IMG/VR virus record: IMGVR_UViG_3300010352_001034
Length of the DNA stretch: 64,000 bases
Origin: a virus
Lineage: Duplodnaviria > Caudoviricetes
Reading direction: 5' to 3' (one strand)
Shown here: piece by piece, positions 19,411 to 30,078 of the stretch
Layout: each line of letters starts with the position of its first letter
Numbering within the stretch: position 1 is the stretch's first letter
Program-made: the position numbers and the translations under genes
Notes under the pieces: model-generated
What the model saw: the letters and a program-made list of their open reading frames with translations, nothing else
What the model was told of the DNA's origin: nothing
Databases searched by the model: none

Positions 19411-22400
19411 TTATTTTTTACTTGACTCAGCTTGTTGAATCGTTATAGAAGCATTTCCATTTTCAAATGAATTTACTGTAGTTGAAGTTTTACTATAATA
19501 CTTATCAACAGCTGTTGGATCAGAACTGCTATTCTGTGTTTGTGTTTTACTATTTCCTGCATTACTTGTTGTAAATGGTATTGATGTTTTTATTTTAGCA
19601 TTTTCTGGATTTATATATTCAATCCAAACATCTACTATACAATTACATAAAGCATTTTGTATTTGTTTTGAATTTATTTTAGGACCATCTTCTCCATCTG
19701 TAAATAATCCTTTAAATGAATCAAATAAACCTCTATTACTAACAGCTATTTCTTTAGCTAATTCAATTGCTTTTCCAGAAGGATTTCGTATACCAGGAAA
19801 TGTCATATTACATATTGAATTTGGATTCACATCTAAAGCAACCAATCTAAATGTTCCAAATGTATTTTCATCATCGTTTATACCTCCTATTATACGTTCT
19901 TTATTTATAGAAACAATTGCTCCATCAGAATTTGTAGATTTATCATCATAAGTTTTGCCTTGTAAATATTCACCTATATACATTGCAACTTGTTCTAATG
20001 ATTTATTATATTTTTGTTTTAGTGAATATATACGCAAAGATACAACTGCATATTTAGACGAAGATACGTTTGCTCCATTTCCTGTCATTAAGCTCTGTAA
20101 TTTATATGACATATTTATAAGAGTGTCATTATTTTGTTTTGTAAATTTATCAGATTTATCCATCAACATTTTACCATCAAAAGTACTTGCTGCTGCATTT
20201 ATACTTTCACCGCTAATATCATTATCTATTGCAATTGTACCTAAATGAATTTCTATTCCTGATGATGTTGTACCACCTGTTGGATTAGATAATCTATATT
20301 TACCAATATTTGAATTATTGCCTTTATAAATGCTTTTACCAATGCTATCCAATGGAGTTGGAATATATTCTCCAATAGGATGTCCATATGTTAATGACAT
20401 AGTTGTTGTATATGAACCATAACTAAAATTATGAGTCACTTGTTCACAATAAAATAACATATCTTTTTCTTCTACATAATATACTTCACCTGGTTGTATA
20501 AATTCATTTCCTATATGCGTTATTGAACCATGAAATAAATTAGAACGTTGTTGGTTTAATAATGATACTGCATAAGGAGCTAATTGAGTTTCTACATTGC
20601 TCATAAATGGCATGAAACGTTCTGAACCTTCTTTGAATCCATACATTCTCCAAAGGTCATAATCAACTGCCCAAACACTTAACACTTCCATACCAGCACC
20701 AACATCAAAACCACGAGATGGTAATAATCCACCTGCTTGAGCACCTTGAACTTTAATAACCGTAAATTCTGGTGGTTGTTCTTTATATGTAGATGATATT
20801 ATATCTTGAGCTTTTATTACATAACGTTTGCCTGATTGATATCCATAATCATCTTCTGTTTCATCTTCAATCATATGTGTCATAAAATCAGGTATATCAC
20901 CATCTTTTACAAGATTTGGCAACATAATACCAGCCAATACATCATTGTTACCAGAGTTTGCTCGTGCACTTTGATCTAAATTTCTAATTAAACTTGTAGC
21001 TGTTAACATTGATTTATATCGCTCAGATATTAATGTTGCTAACTTCTTTTCAATGGAAATTAAATCAATTGGTGAAATATATTTTTTTGAATTGCTAAAA
21101 GTATTTTTGATAAAAGATGCTACATTAAGTTTTGAACCTGTTCGACGGCTTTGTCGTTGTATAAGTTGTGTTAATTCAGAATTGAACTTTATATTATCTT
21201 CTTGTATTTGTGATAATGTTAAGTTGTTTTTAAATATAACTTTGATACTTTTCATTTGTTGTAATGGATTGAAATTGTTCCTTACATTCAATGCATTATT
21301 CCAATTTTCAACTTGTTGTTTTACTTCTTTTGCTTGTAATGAATTTAATAATTGTGTAGCATTTGGACTGCCATCATCAAATGTTTGTTTGAAATATTCA
21401 TATCGGTTTGATAAGAAACTTTCATCTATATTTCTTTCAAAAAAGTCTTTTGTAGAAGAAGCTGTTACACTAATTATTTTTACATTTTCATAATCATCTG
21501 TAAAGTCTTCTACCATTTGAGATGATGCCGCTCGAATAGACGTTAATGTTCCATTTGTTGAATCTGTTAAAAATATAAATTGATTGCTTAATGTTGGTAC
21601 GTTGCTACCTGCTAAGAAACTAGCTCTTGAAGTATCGTCAGAGTAACCCAATATACTTGTATATATACGAATCCAATCTTCTGTTGTTTCTATATCTTCA
21701 TAAACAGCACTTAATCTATTCTTAAATGTGTTCTCTAAAAATGATGGATAATATTGTATTCCAAATTTACGTTTACGTTCTAACATCTTATAAAAGATAC
21801 TGCTTGGCATTTTATTATATTGTGGAATTCTAACTTCAATATGTCCTTGAGAATTTGCAAATACTTCCAAACCAACAATTTTAGATAATGCATCAATTTT
21901 ACTGCCAACATTAGGCAAGCTTTTCGAGTTGATTAAATCAAGAGAACCTAAATTTTGCATCAACGCTTGTATATCTGTATCATGATCATATTCATCACAT
22001 ACAATAAATAAATTAGTATCAGTATTTGATTTGACTTGCCATAACTTTCTTTGAGTAATAAAATTTTGCTTCATTCTTAAACGATTATAGGCAGCTTTAT
22101 AAGCTGCTCTACTTTCATTTTTCATGGTATCTAAATCACCATCATAAGATGAATATACATCATTTCCAATAATATTTATAGGACTTTGACCGTTTGTTCC
22201 ATCTATTGAATCTAAATCAAGTAAGCTATTTTCTAATTTGGCTTGGCAAGCTTTAATTTCATTATCAAGAAATATAATTTGAGTAACCAATGCAAATGAA
22301 GCGGCTCCATTAACTGTTATAATTCGTTTTGATGTATCATTATAATCAAACCCTTGTAAAGTATTAAGATTACCTGTAGTTTGATAACTACTATCAATCT

Positions 22401-25062
22401 CCATCAGTTTATCCATTAACTTTGCTTTTTTATCTTCTAATTGATTTATTTTTGAACTTTGAACTTGCAAATTCAATTTGGACGTATATAGAGTATTAAA
22501 ATAAGTTGGATTAATAGAAAAACGTTTGAATGGAACGAAATTGCCCCACATTTGATTTTGTTTTCTAATTTGACGTGTAAGACTTGATAAATAATCATTA
22601 ATTGTTTGACCAGGGGTAATACGTAAAATGCCACTTGTAATAGAAGCATTTAGAAATGTATTAATGTTATATGGTTCTCCTGTTATTAACAATGAAATAA
22701 CATTTACAACATCTTGATTAGAAAATGGATCGCCACGTATAATACTAGCAACTTGATTATCAATTCTATCTTCTGCTAAAACTGAACCAGCTGCATTTTT
22801 TGAATTAGAATCTAACCATGCTGTTCCTATACCTTTTTTCCATCTATATACAAATCCATCTGGATTATAAAATACTTTTCTTGCTATTTCTTTAACAGTT
22901 GATAACTGTCCATTATCTGACATATCATAATTCGCAAAACCAGAAACATCTGAAGATGTATTTATAGGTTCTAATGCTGTTTGATAAATATTTTTTGATG
23001 TTACTAATTGATTAACAAATCGTCCAAATCTATATTTCAAAATCCCAGATTCAATTAAAGATACATTTTCATCTAATAGTTTTAAATTTTCTGAATCATT
23101 AATTTGTCCAGTAGTTTCATCAAATTCTAAATCAAAAGGAGTTAATGGATCATATAAATGTCCATTGAATTGATTTAAACCTGGTTTATCTTGATATAAT
23201 ACTTGAGTTAAATAATATATATTATCTTTACAACTAACAGATAAATTATTACTACCAGGTTGTCCTGATTCACTTACATCTGTTATAATCCCATTGAATG
23301 TACATGGTCCAAAATCAGAAGCTCCAAAATAAGAACGTAAACTTAAATATAAATACATTGGAAATTCTGGACCAGCCAATGCATTTTTTTCAGCCTCTAA
23401 TGCATAATTTGTTTTGTTTGTTCCAAATATGCCACCCCAAAGTTCTTTTAAATCACCGATATTTTTATTCAATGAACCCAATACACCTATATTGCCATTT
23501 CTACTCATATTAGAAACATCAATACTTTGTGTTTGAAGCATTTGTCTAGCTAATTCAACTTGTTTTCTAATAACTTGATCATTGGAATCAGCATAACTTT
23601 CTATATCTTTTCCATATTCTTGAAGTTTTGAATCGTCTAATGCTTGTCCTGCCCAATTTACAACTCGTCCTGCTGCAAAAGTTAAATCTTTTACACCATT
23701 TATAGCTGAATCTGTTGTGCTAAACATTGATTTTAATCCAGCTAAAGCAGCATTATCATCAAGTGTTCTAGATGTAATAAATGATGTAACTTCATCCATA
23801 GGTTGTATTAATTGTTTACCTAAGAAATTCAAACGCATTAATCGACGTATATAGTTTGTTGATTTACCATAATTACAAAAATCTGTATAATCTTTTTCAC
23901 GTAATGTTGATATCATTACGCTTTTTTCATAAATGCTTTTTAATAAATCAGTTTCATTGCTTTTGAACAATTCTGTTTCGGCTAAAGAAGATATATTATA
24001 ATGTGCATTGGTTTTTACATTCAATATTGTATTTAGATTTTCTATAGCTTCTTTTTCTGAAACATTAAATAAATCATTTCTTAATCCATTCCCACTTGGA
24101 TCAGTTAATTCAATACCGTATCTATCTAATGAAATTATAATCCTATTGTATAATCTACTATAAGGATTGGTTTTAACAGTTATAGCGGAAGCATTCCGAC
24201 TTATTCTTTTATCATTTAGTTTTTGAAGTAATTCTTCATATTGTGATTGTAAAGAATCAGCTAAATTATTTACTATAGAAAATGAAGAATCAGTTGTTTC
24301 AAAAATAGCACGTTCAATATCTTGTTCAGTTATAGCAAATAATCGATTAGGATCTAATACAGTAAAACTAGCACTTCCATTGCCAAATTTAATACTTGTA
24401 TTACTTGTAAATTGAGTTACAAGAGTTAATTCAATTACACCTGTTCCAGCTCCATTAGAATATACATTTGGACTTCTAGTATTTTGTATCCATGTTGTTG
24501 TGGTATTATATCCATTTAATAATAATAAATCTCTTATTTTTGATGCTACTTTTTGAAATGAACTTGTTTCAGGTGAAGTTGAAGATATTCCACTCCATGT
24601 TAATAGATTATTAGTTTGGTCAAGAGCGTCTACAATAGATGCTGCTAGACTATTTGTTAATGAATTTTGTGTTTGAACAATTTTTTGCAATTTTGTTAAT
24701 TGTTCATAAGCAGAAATCATTTTGCATTTATTTTCAAACAATTTTTTACATGTTTTAATGAATTGCTTTTCAGTTAGATCCATATGTTCCATTGAATAAT
24801 TATCTTTCAACGATGAGAACATACGTTTTTTTATTAAGACAATTAATTCAGGATTTTGTGTAACTATATTTCTAACATTTGGATTTGTTTTACTTGGATT
24901 GGTCCAACCACTATCTATATAGGTATTTTGGATTGTTCTATCTAATGTTTCTGCTAATGCAGTAGCAGCTGTTGATAATCCTCTTGCATGTGAATTTGGA
25001 CCTAATCCAAGAACATCACTTGCAAATTTACCGGCATTTGAAAACCATTCATCAGCTGTCAT
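19411..25062 (-). CDS. Probable baseplate hub (gp27/gpD/VgrG-like), greatly enlarged
   Basis: 1883 aa with hub-type motifs: GSASFTVLDP, FNGIITDVSES..LSVSCKD, LEVFANSQGHIEVRIPQY, YGFK, GSITHIGNEFIQPGE..YCEQVTHNFSYGSYTTTMSLTYG. Confidence 0.75.
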   Translation of the reverse strand: MTADEWFSNAGKFASDVLGLGPNSHARGLSTAATALAETLDRTIQNTYIDSGWTNPSKTNPNVRNIVTQNPELIVLIKKRMFSSLKDNYSMEHMDLTEKQFIKTCKKLFENKCKMISAYEQLTKLQKIVQTQNSLTNSLAASIVDALDQTNNLLTWSGISSTSPETSSFQKVASKIRDLLLLNGYNTTTTWIQNTRSPNVYSNGAGTGVIELTLVTQFTSNTSIKFGNGSASFTVLDPNRLFAITEQDIERAIFETTDSSFSIVNNLADSLQSQYEELLQKLNDKRISRNASAITVKTNPYSRLYNRIIISLDRYGIELTDPSGNGLRNDLFNVSEKEAIENLNTILNVKTNAHYNISSLAETELFKSNETDLLKSIYEKSVMISTLREKDYTDFCNYGKSTNYIRRLMRLNFLGKQLIQPMDEVTSFITSRTLDDNAALAGLKSMFSTTDSAINGVKDLTFAAGRVVNWAGQALDDSKLQEYGKDIESYADSNDQVIRKQVELARQMLQTQSIDVSNMSRNGNIGVLGSLNKNIGDLKELWGGIFGTNKTNYALEAEKNALAGPEFPMYLYLSLRSYFGASDFGPCTFNGIITDVSESGQPGSNNLSVSCKDNIYYLTQVLYQDKPGLNQFNGHLYDPLTPFDLEFDETTGQINDSENLKLLDENVSLIESGILKYRFGRFVNQLVTSKNIYQTALEPINTSSDVSGFANYDMSDNGQLSTVKEIARKVFYNPDGFVYRWKKGIGTAWLDSNSKNAAGSVLAEDRIDNQVASIIRGDPFSNQDVVNVISLLITGEPYNINTFLNASITSGILRITPGQTINDYLSSLTRQIRKQNQMWGNFVPFKRFSINPTYFNTLYTSKLNLQVQSSKINQLEDKKAKLMDKLMEIDSSYQTTGNLNTLQGFDYNDTSKRIITVNGAASFALVTQIIFLDNEIKACQAKLENSLLDLDSIDGTNGQSPINIIGNDVYSSYDGDLDTMKNESRAAYKAAYNRLRMKQNFITQRKLWQVKSNTDTNLFIVCDEYDHDTDIQALMQNLGSLDLINSKSLPNVGSKIDALSKIVGLEVFANSQGHIEVRIPQYNKMPSSIFYKMLERKRKFGIQYYPSFLENTFKNRLSAVYEDIETTEDWIRIYTSILGYSDDTSRASFLAGSNVPTLSNQFIFLTDSTNGTLTSIRAASSQMVEDFTDDYENVKIISVTASSTKDFFERNIDESFLSNRYEYFKQTFDDGSPNATQLLNSLQAKEVKQQVENWNNALNVRNNFNPLQQMKSIKVIFKNNLTLSQIQEDNIKFNSELTQLIQRQSRRTGSKLNVASFIKNTFSNSKKYISPIDLISIEKKLATLISERYKSMLTATSLIRNLDQSARANSGNNDVLAGIMLPNLVKDGDIPDFMTHMIEDETEDDYGYQSGKRYVIKAQDIISSTYKEQPPEFTVIKVQGAQAGGLLPSRGFDVGAGMEVLSVWAVDYDLWRMYGFKEGSERFMPFMSNVETQLAPYAVSLLNQQRSNLFHGSITHIGNEFIQPGEVYYVEEKDMLFYCEQVTHNFSYGSYTTTMSLTYGHPIGEYIPTPLDSIGKSIYKGNNSNIGKYRLSNPTGGTTSSGIEIHLGTIAIDNDISGESINAAASTFDGKMLMDKSDKFTKQNNDTLINMSYKLQSLMTGNGANVSSSKYAVVSLRIYSLKQKYNKSLEQVAMYIGEYLQGKTYDDKSTNSDGAIVSINKERIIGGINDDENTFGTFRLVALDVNPNSICNMTFPGIRNPSGKAIELAKEIAVSNRGLFDSFKGLFTDGEDGPKINSKQIQNALCNCIVDVWIEYINPENAKIKTSIPFTTSNAGNSKTQTQNSSSDPTAVDKYYSKTSTTVNSFENGNASITIQQAESSKK

Positions 25063-25071
25063 TTGATTCCT

Positions 25072-25779
25072 TTAACCTGTTATTCTTGGGTAACTTAAGC
25101 TAGAACTATAATCTTCATCAGAATTGATTGGCCGTCCTCCAATTTGTGGACTGCGATGCCAAGGCATAAAGTTTGCTCGTCGGCCTTTAACAACTGTTGC
25201 TTTAAATTTTAAATCATAATTGAACCAACCTAATGTATCTGCTGATTCTGTTACTGTAAAATTTGTAAAATATCCATGAAATGTTAATGGACCATAATGC
25301 ATTTCTATAGAACTTGCATAATATGCTAAACTAGGTTTTGGTCCAGAAAAAGGTGAATTCATTTCACTATCTCCTAACATTGATGCGAAACTAAGTGCAT
25401 CTCCTAAACTTGGAGCAAAAAAATCTGCAAACCAATTTCCAGTTTCTTGTTCATTATTAGCTTCTGCATTTAATGCTACTGTATCAAAAACAATTTGTTC
25501 ATTTCTGTATATATCTTCAAGTATATTAATTCCTTCAATACCAAATGAACCTGTTGTTCCTGTTATAGATACATCTGTTAATGATTCTCCAAAATATTGA
25601 GTAACAAATCCACCTTTTGTACGTTCACTTTTTATTTCTTTACTTCGATTAATTGAAATATTATTTGGGTTAATAAACATTGATACTACACCTGTATCAG
25701 GTAATACCCAATAAATTAAATTACGTCTATATGTTGCTGGAATATTTCCTTGTGCAGTTCTATATACAGGTGATGTCAT
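25072..25779 (-). CDS. Tail tube initiator/baseplate hub-associated protein (gp48/gp54, CIS-tube-like)
   Basis: MFINPNNISINRSK..RTKGGFVTQYFGE..SITGTTG and GYFTNFTVTESAD..FNYDLKF. Directly after the tape measure gene. Confidence 0.75.
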   Translation of the reverse strand: MTSPVYRTAQGNIPATYRRNLIYWVLPDTGVVSMFINPNNISINRSKEIKSERTKGGFVTQYFGESLTDVSITGTTGSFGIEGINILEDIYRNEQIVFDTVALNAEANNEQETGNWFADFFAPSLGDALSFASMLGDSEMNSPFSGPKPSLAYYASSIEMHYGPLTFHGYFTNFTVTESADTLGWFNYDLKFKATVVKGRRANFMPWHRSPQIGGRPINSDEDYSSSLSYPRITG

Positions 25780-25782
25780 TTG

Positions 25783-27999
25783 TTACCTTGGTAAGTTGAG
25801 TATTGGCGATGGTGATTGTTGATTATTTGATGGATATGGAATAGCAGTTTCACCTCTGACTGTTCCATCAGGATTTGCAATTATAATTCTAAGTGTAGAT
25901 TCATTATTTTTATTATTTGTTTGATTGGAATTTCTATTAGTTAAATCTTGTAGATATTTATTAAACTCACTCATATTGCTATTTAACATACCTATTTGTT
26001 GAGTATTTCCATTTATTGCATTTACATTTTGTGTGGCTAAAGGCATGGTTTTAGCTGTATTTTGAGGAGTTGGTAAAGAATTATGATCAGATGGTGTGTT
26101 CGCATTTGCTTTAGCTTTTTTTGCCAATTCAGTTACTTGTTCTTTAGTTTGGGTAGCTAAATTGAGAGCACCACTCAACACATTTTTAGCAGAATCTCTT
26201 ATTTCATTTGTATCAATTGCTACATGTCCTCTACCTTGTGTAGATGTAAGATTCATACGATCAGTCGAAATCTTTGCTTGATCTCGTCTAGCCATTCTCG
26301 TATCACCTGCTTCACCATGCGCTCCAAATACATCTTGAGCACTTTGATAAGCTTGTCTACTGACTGCAATAGCACGTAATGAAACTAACTCAGTATGTAT
26401 ATTTTCTAATTCAGAAAATTGTTTTTCTTGAATATTTTCTCCTCTAGAAAATGCTTCTTGTAATGCTTTTGTTCCATCAGAAGTTAATTCACTTCCTAAA
26501 TTTAGTTTTGACATTACATCCATTAATCGATTTGCCACACCTGTATCACTAACTCCAAATACATTTTGTAAAGCCATTCGTTGAGTCATAAATGCTTGTT
26601 CTTGACCAGGATTGGAAATAGCTTCATCCATAGAAATTACTTTACCATTACCACCAATATTACTTAATGTATTTTGCATCATTCCTGCTACTTTACCCCA
26701 ATCTCCTTTTTGAAGCATTTGTTCAATTTGAAGATCAGTTCCTATAGCAGTTCCACCTAATCCATTACTCATTCCTATAAAAGCTTTTTTCTCAACAGTT
26801 AATCCTCTAATAGCTCCAGATAAATTATTCATAATTTCTAATTGTGTTGCATATCCTAATCCTTGATCTTTCAACGCTTGTGTAATTTCTTTCATAATTC
26901 CAAGTGTTGATTGAGCTGAATTGCCCCACATTTTAAATCCATCATCAATACTTTTTACTTGGCCTTTTACAGCATCAAATGGAATTGATAATTCTCGACT
27001 TGCCTGACTTATCAATGATACTCTCTCAGCTGCACCTTTTGCATCACTTCCCCAACTTGCAAACATTTCTTTAGCTGATTCTAATACGTTTTCAAATGAT
27101 TGTCCTGTTCCTTTTGCAACTGTTTGTAATAATTCTAAAGATCCAACTGTTTTATCATTAATATTTCTAGTTGTTACAGAATATAGCTTTTCAACTTCAT
27201 TTGGTAAGGTACTTAAAATATCAACAGTTTGTTTCAATGCTATTTCATATGGCATACCCATAGCTTTAGCATTTCTATAAGCTGATTTTTGAATTTCAGC
27301 AGTAGCATCATCTAATTCTTTAGCAGCTTCTTGTTTGCTTCTTCCAGCTTGTAAAAAATTAGAATTATTACCAATAGTTGTTGCTCCAGATTTAGCAGCT
27401 GCATTAACAATTGATGATTCAAATTGACGAGAATATTCAGCACCATCCATCATATTTTTTATAAATGCTGTGCCATTTTTTCCAAGGTCTATACCTAAAA
27501 ATTCTTTGGCGCTTTGTAATAGTTTTTCAAATTTACCATTTACTGCATTTATATTTAAATCCATTTTTGAAAAAGCAGTTTCTCCAGTTAACCCAGCTGC
27601 CGCTGCACCTAATAAAGCAAATTTACTAAGCAATTCAAATGTTTCATTGTTGGCTCCATTTAGAGCAGCTTTTAAATCGACTCCTAATTGTTGACTAATT
27701 TCTCTAACATCTTTTAAACGCTCTTCTAATGTATGAAAACCTTCTATTGTAGATTCTGCTGCTTTTGCAGCAGATTTTAATCCAGTTTCAATAGTTTCAA
27801 ATACTCTCTTAAATTGATCTCTTTTTTCAGGAGATAAACTCTTTGATATTTCTTCAAATTTTTCTGTTAGTTTTTTAAGAGCATCCCCACCATTTTTCCC
27901 GGCTTCATCTAAAGTGGAACTAAATTGTCCTAATTCATTTTTAAATTGAGGAAATGTTTTTAATAATCCAGTTATTAGATCAGTAATTGAATCGGCCAT
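25783..27999 (-). CDS. Tail tape measure protein
   Basis: 738 aa, Ala/Gly/Gln-rich and alpha-helical. Canonical position after tube and chaperone genes. Confidence 0.75.
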   Translation of the reverse strand: MADSITDLITGLLKTFPQFKNELGQFSSTLDEAGKNGGDALKKLTEKFEEISKSLSPEKRDQFKRVFETIETGLKSAAKAAESTIEGFHTLEERLKDVREISQQLGVDLKAALNGANNETFELLSKFALLGAAAAGLTGETAFSKMDLNINAVNGKFEKLLQSAKEFLGIDLGKNGTAFIKNMMDGAEYSRQFESSIVNAAAKSGATTIGNNSNFLQAGRSKQEAAKELDDATAEIQKSAYRNAKAMGMPYEIALKQTVDILSTLPNEVEKLYSVTTRNINDKTVGSLELLQTVAKGTGQSFENVLESAKEMFASWGSDAKGAAERVSLISQASRELSIPFDAVKGQVKSIDDGFKMWGNSAQSTLGIMKEITQALKDQGLGYATQLEIMNNLSGAIRGLTVEKKAFIGMSNGLGGTAIGTDLQIEQMLQKGDWGKVAGMMQNTLSNIGGNGKVISMDEAISNPGQEQAFMTQRMALQNVFGVSDTGVANRLMDVMSKLNLGSELTSDGTKALQEAFSRGENIQEKQFSELENIHTELVSLRAIAVSRQAYQSAQDVFGAHGEAGDTRMARRDQAKISTDRMNLTSTQGRGHVAIDTNEIRDSAKNVLSGALNLATQTKEQVTELAKKAKANANTPSDHNSLPTPQNTAKTMPLATQNVNAINGNTQQIGMLNSNMSEFNKYLQDLTNRNSNQTNNKNNESTLRIIIANPDGTVRGETAIPYPSNNQQSPSPILNLPR

Positions 28000-28010
28000 T
28001 TAGTCCTTTG

Positions 28011-29170
28011 TCAATTTTTTATAACCAATTTCTTTTTTCTTTTACGTTTACTTTTAGGAGTTTCTTTGCGTGTATTTGATACATACTCAACTGCTTTTTC
28101 AAAATCTTCATCGGAGACTGAAACTTTTTGTGAATTACCTATTCCTAACAATTCTTTTGCTGCTTCAGGATTCCAGAATGAACCAAGTAAACATATTTCT
28201 TTATGTGTTCTTTCTGATTCTTCTAGTTGGTCTTCTATCCAATTATAAAACATCCAATTTTTTGTTATATTATCAATATTTTTTATCTTACTTGATGTAG
28301 GTAAACACTTGAAAAATTTACATAAATACCATAAAAATCTATGGTCAGTCTCCTTTACTATTTTTTTAGGTCATCTCCTAATTGTTCTGTTTCTTTTGGT
28401 GTTTTGGCATTAATTTTGTCGCTAATATCTTTTATATACATATCATATAATGCGTCTACAACAGATGGTTCCATATTACTTATAATTTCTAATCTCATTT
28501 CTTCTGTATCTTGATTATCCAATATACTATGTATACTTTCTCCATCAATTGAATCTAATGCAAACGCAAGCATCATATGTTTTAATATATAAACTTGCTC
28601 TAAATTAGTTTTACTTTTTGACACTTCTTGTAATACTCTGCTTGTTTGAGCACTTCGAACATTTCTAAGTCCAATTGTATGTCCATCTATTTCTTTATAT
28701 GCTAATTGTTTCTTTAAACCAAGCAACACTTCAATTTTATTTTTCTTGTTTGTATTAAGCTTTTTTAATTCAGGTCCACCAAAATTTTGATTGGAAGTTC
28801 GAACATTTGATGTGTCTTCTGGTTTCATAAATGTATTTATCATATTTATGCTTTCTTGTGAAACAGGTTGGGCATCAATTAAATCTTCATCTTCTATTAT
28901 TGATTGTGTAGAAGAAAAATGAGTGTCATCATCTTCATTTTCATCTTGTTTTGCATGATAAGTTTGTTTTAAATAAGATCGCATATTATTATATTGTTCA
29001 GGTGTTATGCGAACCATTTTATTTTTAGGAGGTAATATATTTTCTTCTTCCATTTGGTTATTATTAAATTCTTCTTGTTCTTTTTGTAAAGAAGGATCAT
29101 CTACCATATAATTACGTACAGGTGTAAATGTAGTTGATGTATTGCCAATTTTAGATTGGATTTTCGGCAT
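28011..29170 (-). CDS. Tail assembly chaperone, long (G-T-like) form made by -1 frameshift, about 386 aa
   Basis: Slippage at A AAA AAA (28361-28367) opens 36 stop-free codons (IVKETDHRFLWYLCKFFKCLPTSSKIKNIDNITKNW). These run in frame into the 80-aa ORF 28011..28253. Confidence 0.85.
28358..29170 (-). CDS. Tail assembly chaperone, short (G-like) form
   Basis: 270 aa between tube and tape measure. Contains LAFALDSIDG..VVDALYDMY and ends GDDLKK* with tandem TAG TAA. Confidence 0.8.
   Translation of the reverse strand: MPKIQSKIGNTSTTFTPVRNYMVDDPSLQKEQEEFNNNQMEEENILPPKNKMVRITPEQYNNMRSYLKQTYHAKQDENEDDDTHFSSTQSIIEDEDLIDAQPVSQESINMINTFMKPEDTSNVRTSNQNFGGPELKKLNTNKKNKIEVLLGLKKQLAYKEIDGHTIGLRNVRSAQTSRVLQEVSKSKTNLEQVYILKHMMLAFALDSIDGESIHSILDNQDTEEMRLEIISNMEPSVVDALYDMYIKDISDKINAKTPKETEQLGDDLKK
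28361..28367 (-). promoter_or_regulatory. Programmed -1 ribosomal frameshift slippery heptamer A_AAA_AAA
   Basis: Minus strand reads GAC CTA AAA AAA TAG. An SD-like AGGAG lies 7 nt upstream (28375-28379) and a small hairpin ACCATA-GATTTT-TATGGT lies downstream (28328-28345). Confidence 0.85.
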
Positions 29171-29242
29171 GTTTTTTCCTTAATTGTGAGGGAGTTATGG
29201 ATATTTATATATCCGATTTTAAATAGGCGGGAGTATTATATA

Positions 29243-29908
29243 TTAATGAACTTGTTTTAGAGCTGCTCTTAATAAACCAGGAGCATCAAGTGCACCACGT
29301 CGTAAACCACGATCAGCTTCTTGCTCAACTCCATCAGCACTTGCCCAAACATCAATACCAGGTTCTCCACCTGTTGCTACGTTGCTATCACCAGCTTCAA
29401 TATAACTGTATATAGCTTCTGCTGTCCAATCCATTTTATCAGCTATAGTATAATCACTAGCTGAATATGTATATGAAATAGTTTTAATCCATACATTTTT
29501 TAATACAGTTATAATTTTATCTTGAGAACCTTCACCAGCAAAAAAGTCTGTAATTATAATATCAAAAGGAATACGTTGAGAATGAACGTGAGTAAATCCA
29601 CGACCAAACGCTTCTGCAATTCGTAAACGATCAAATCGAATACGTGTACATCCACCAGAAATTTCAGTTGCATTTGATGGTGCAGAATCAACTGTACCAT
29701 CTGTTCCAACTTCTGAAATTTTCTTAATGGTTCTTGATTCAGAAATATTCAAGTCTTGAATAGCTCCTACTGGAGTATTGCCAACTTGAATTAAAATCAT
29801 TGTGCTAAGAGATATACCTGTTTTATTCCCGTTTTGTCCACCTTTGGTTTCCCCTTTAGGATCGGTAAATCTCGAATGTGTTCGAGGAGCGTAATTTTTG
29901 TCAGCCAT
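29243..29908 (-). CDS. Tail tube protein
   Basis: 221 aa after the sheath. VGAIQDLNISESRTIKKISEVG, PFDIII and VLKNVWIKTISYTYSA match myophage tube proteins. Confidence 0.85.
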   Translation of the reverse strand: MADKNYAPRTHSRFTDPKGETKGGQNGNKTGISLSTMILIQVGNTPVGAIQDLNISESRTIKKISEVGTDGTVDSAPSNATEISGGCTRIRFDRLRIAEAFGRGFTHVHSQRIPFDIIITDFFAGEGSQDKIITVLKNVWIKTISYTYSASDYTIADKMDWTAEAIYSYIEAGDSNVATGGEPGIDVWASADGVEQEADRGLRRGALDAPGLLRAALKQVH

Positions 29909-30040
29909 AAATGCCTCACTAGTAATTTATAGAACTATTCAATAAAATACCCCCTTATTACTACATTAATTATTAAAAGAGTATTGAATATATTTAAAAA
30001 TATGGAACAATAGTGGAATGTATTTTGATTGTGATAGAGA

Positions 30041-30071
30041 ATTATATAGGAATTTCAATCTCCTATATAAT
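30041..30071 (-). terminator. 11-bp stem-loop just downstream of the sheath stop (terminator or mRNA-stabilising hairpin)
   Basis: ATTATATAGGA (30041-30051) and TCCTATATAAT (30061-30071) form a perfect inverted repeat with a 9-nt loop. The U-tract is weak. Confidence 0.5.
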
Positions 30072-30078
30072 ATTTGAT

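Noticed and set aside
28011-28253. Independent 80-aa gene
   Set aside because: Better explained as the 3' part of the -1 frameshift product. The reading frame is open back to the slippery site and there is no RBS at its ATG.
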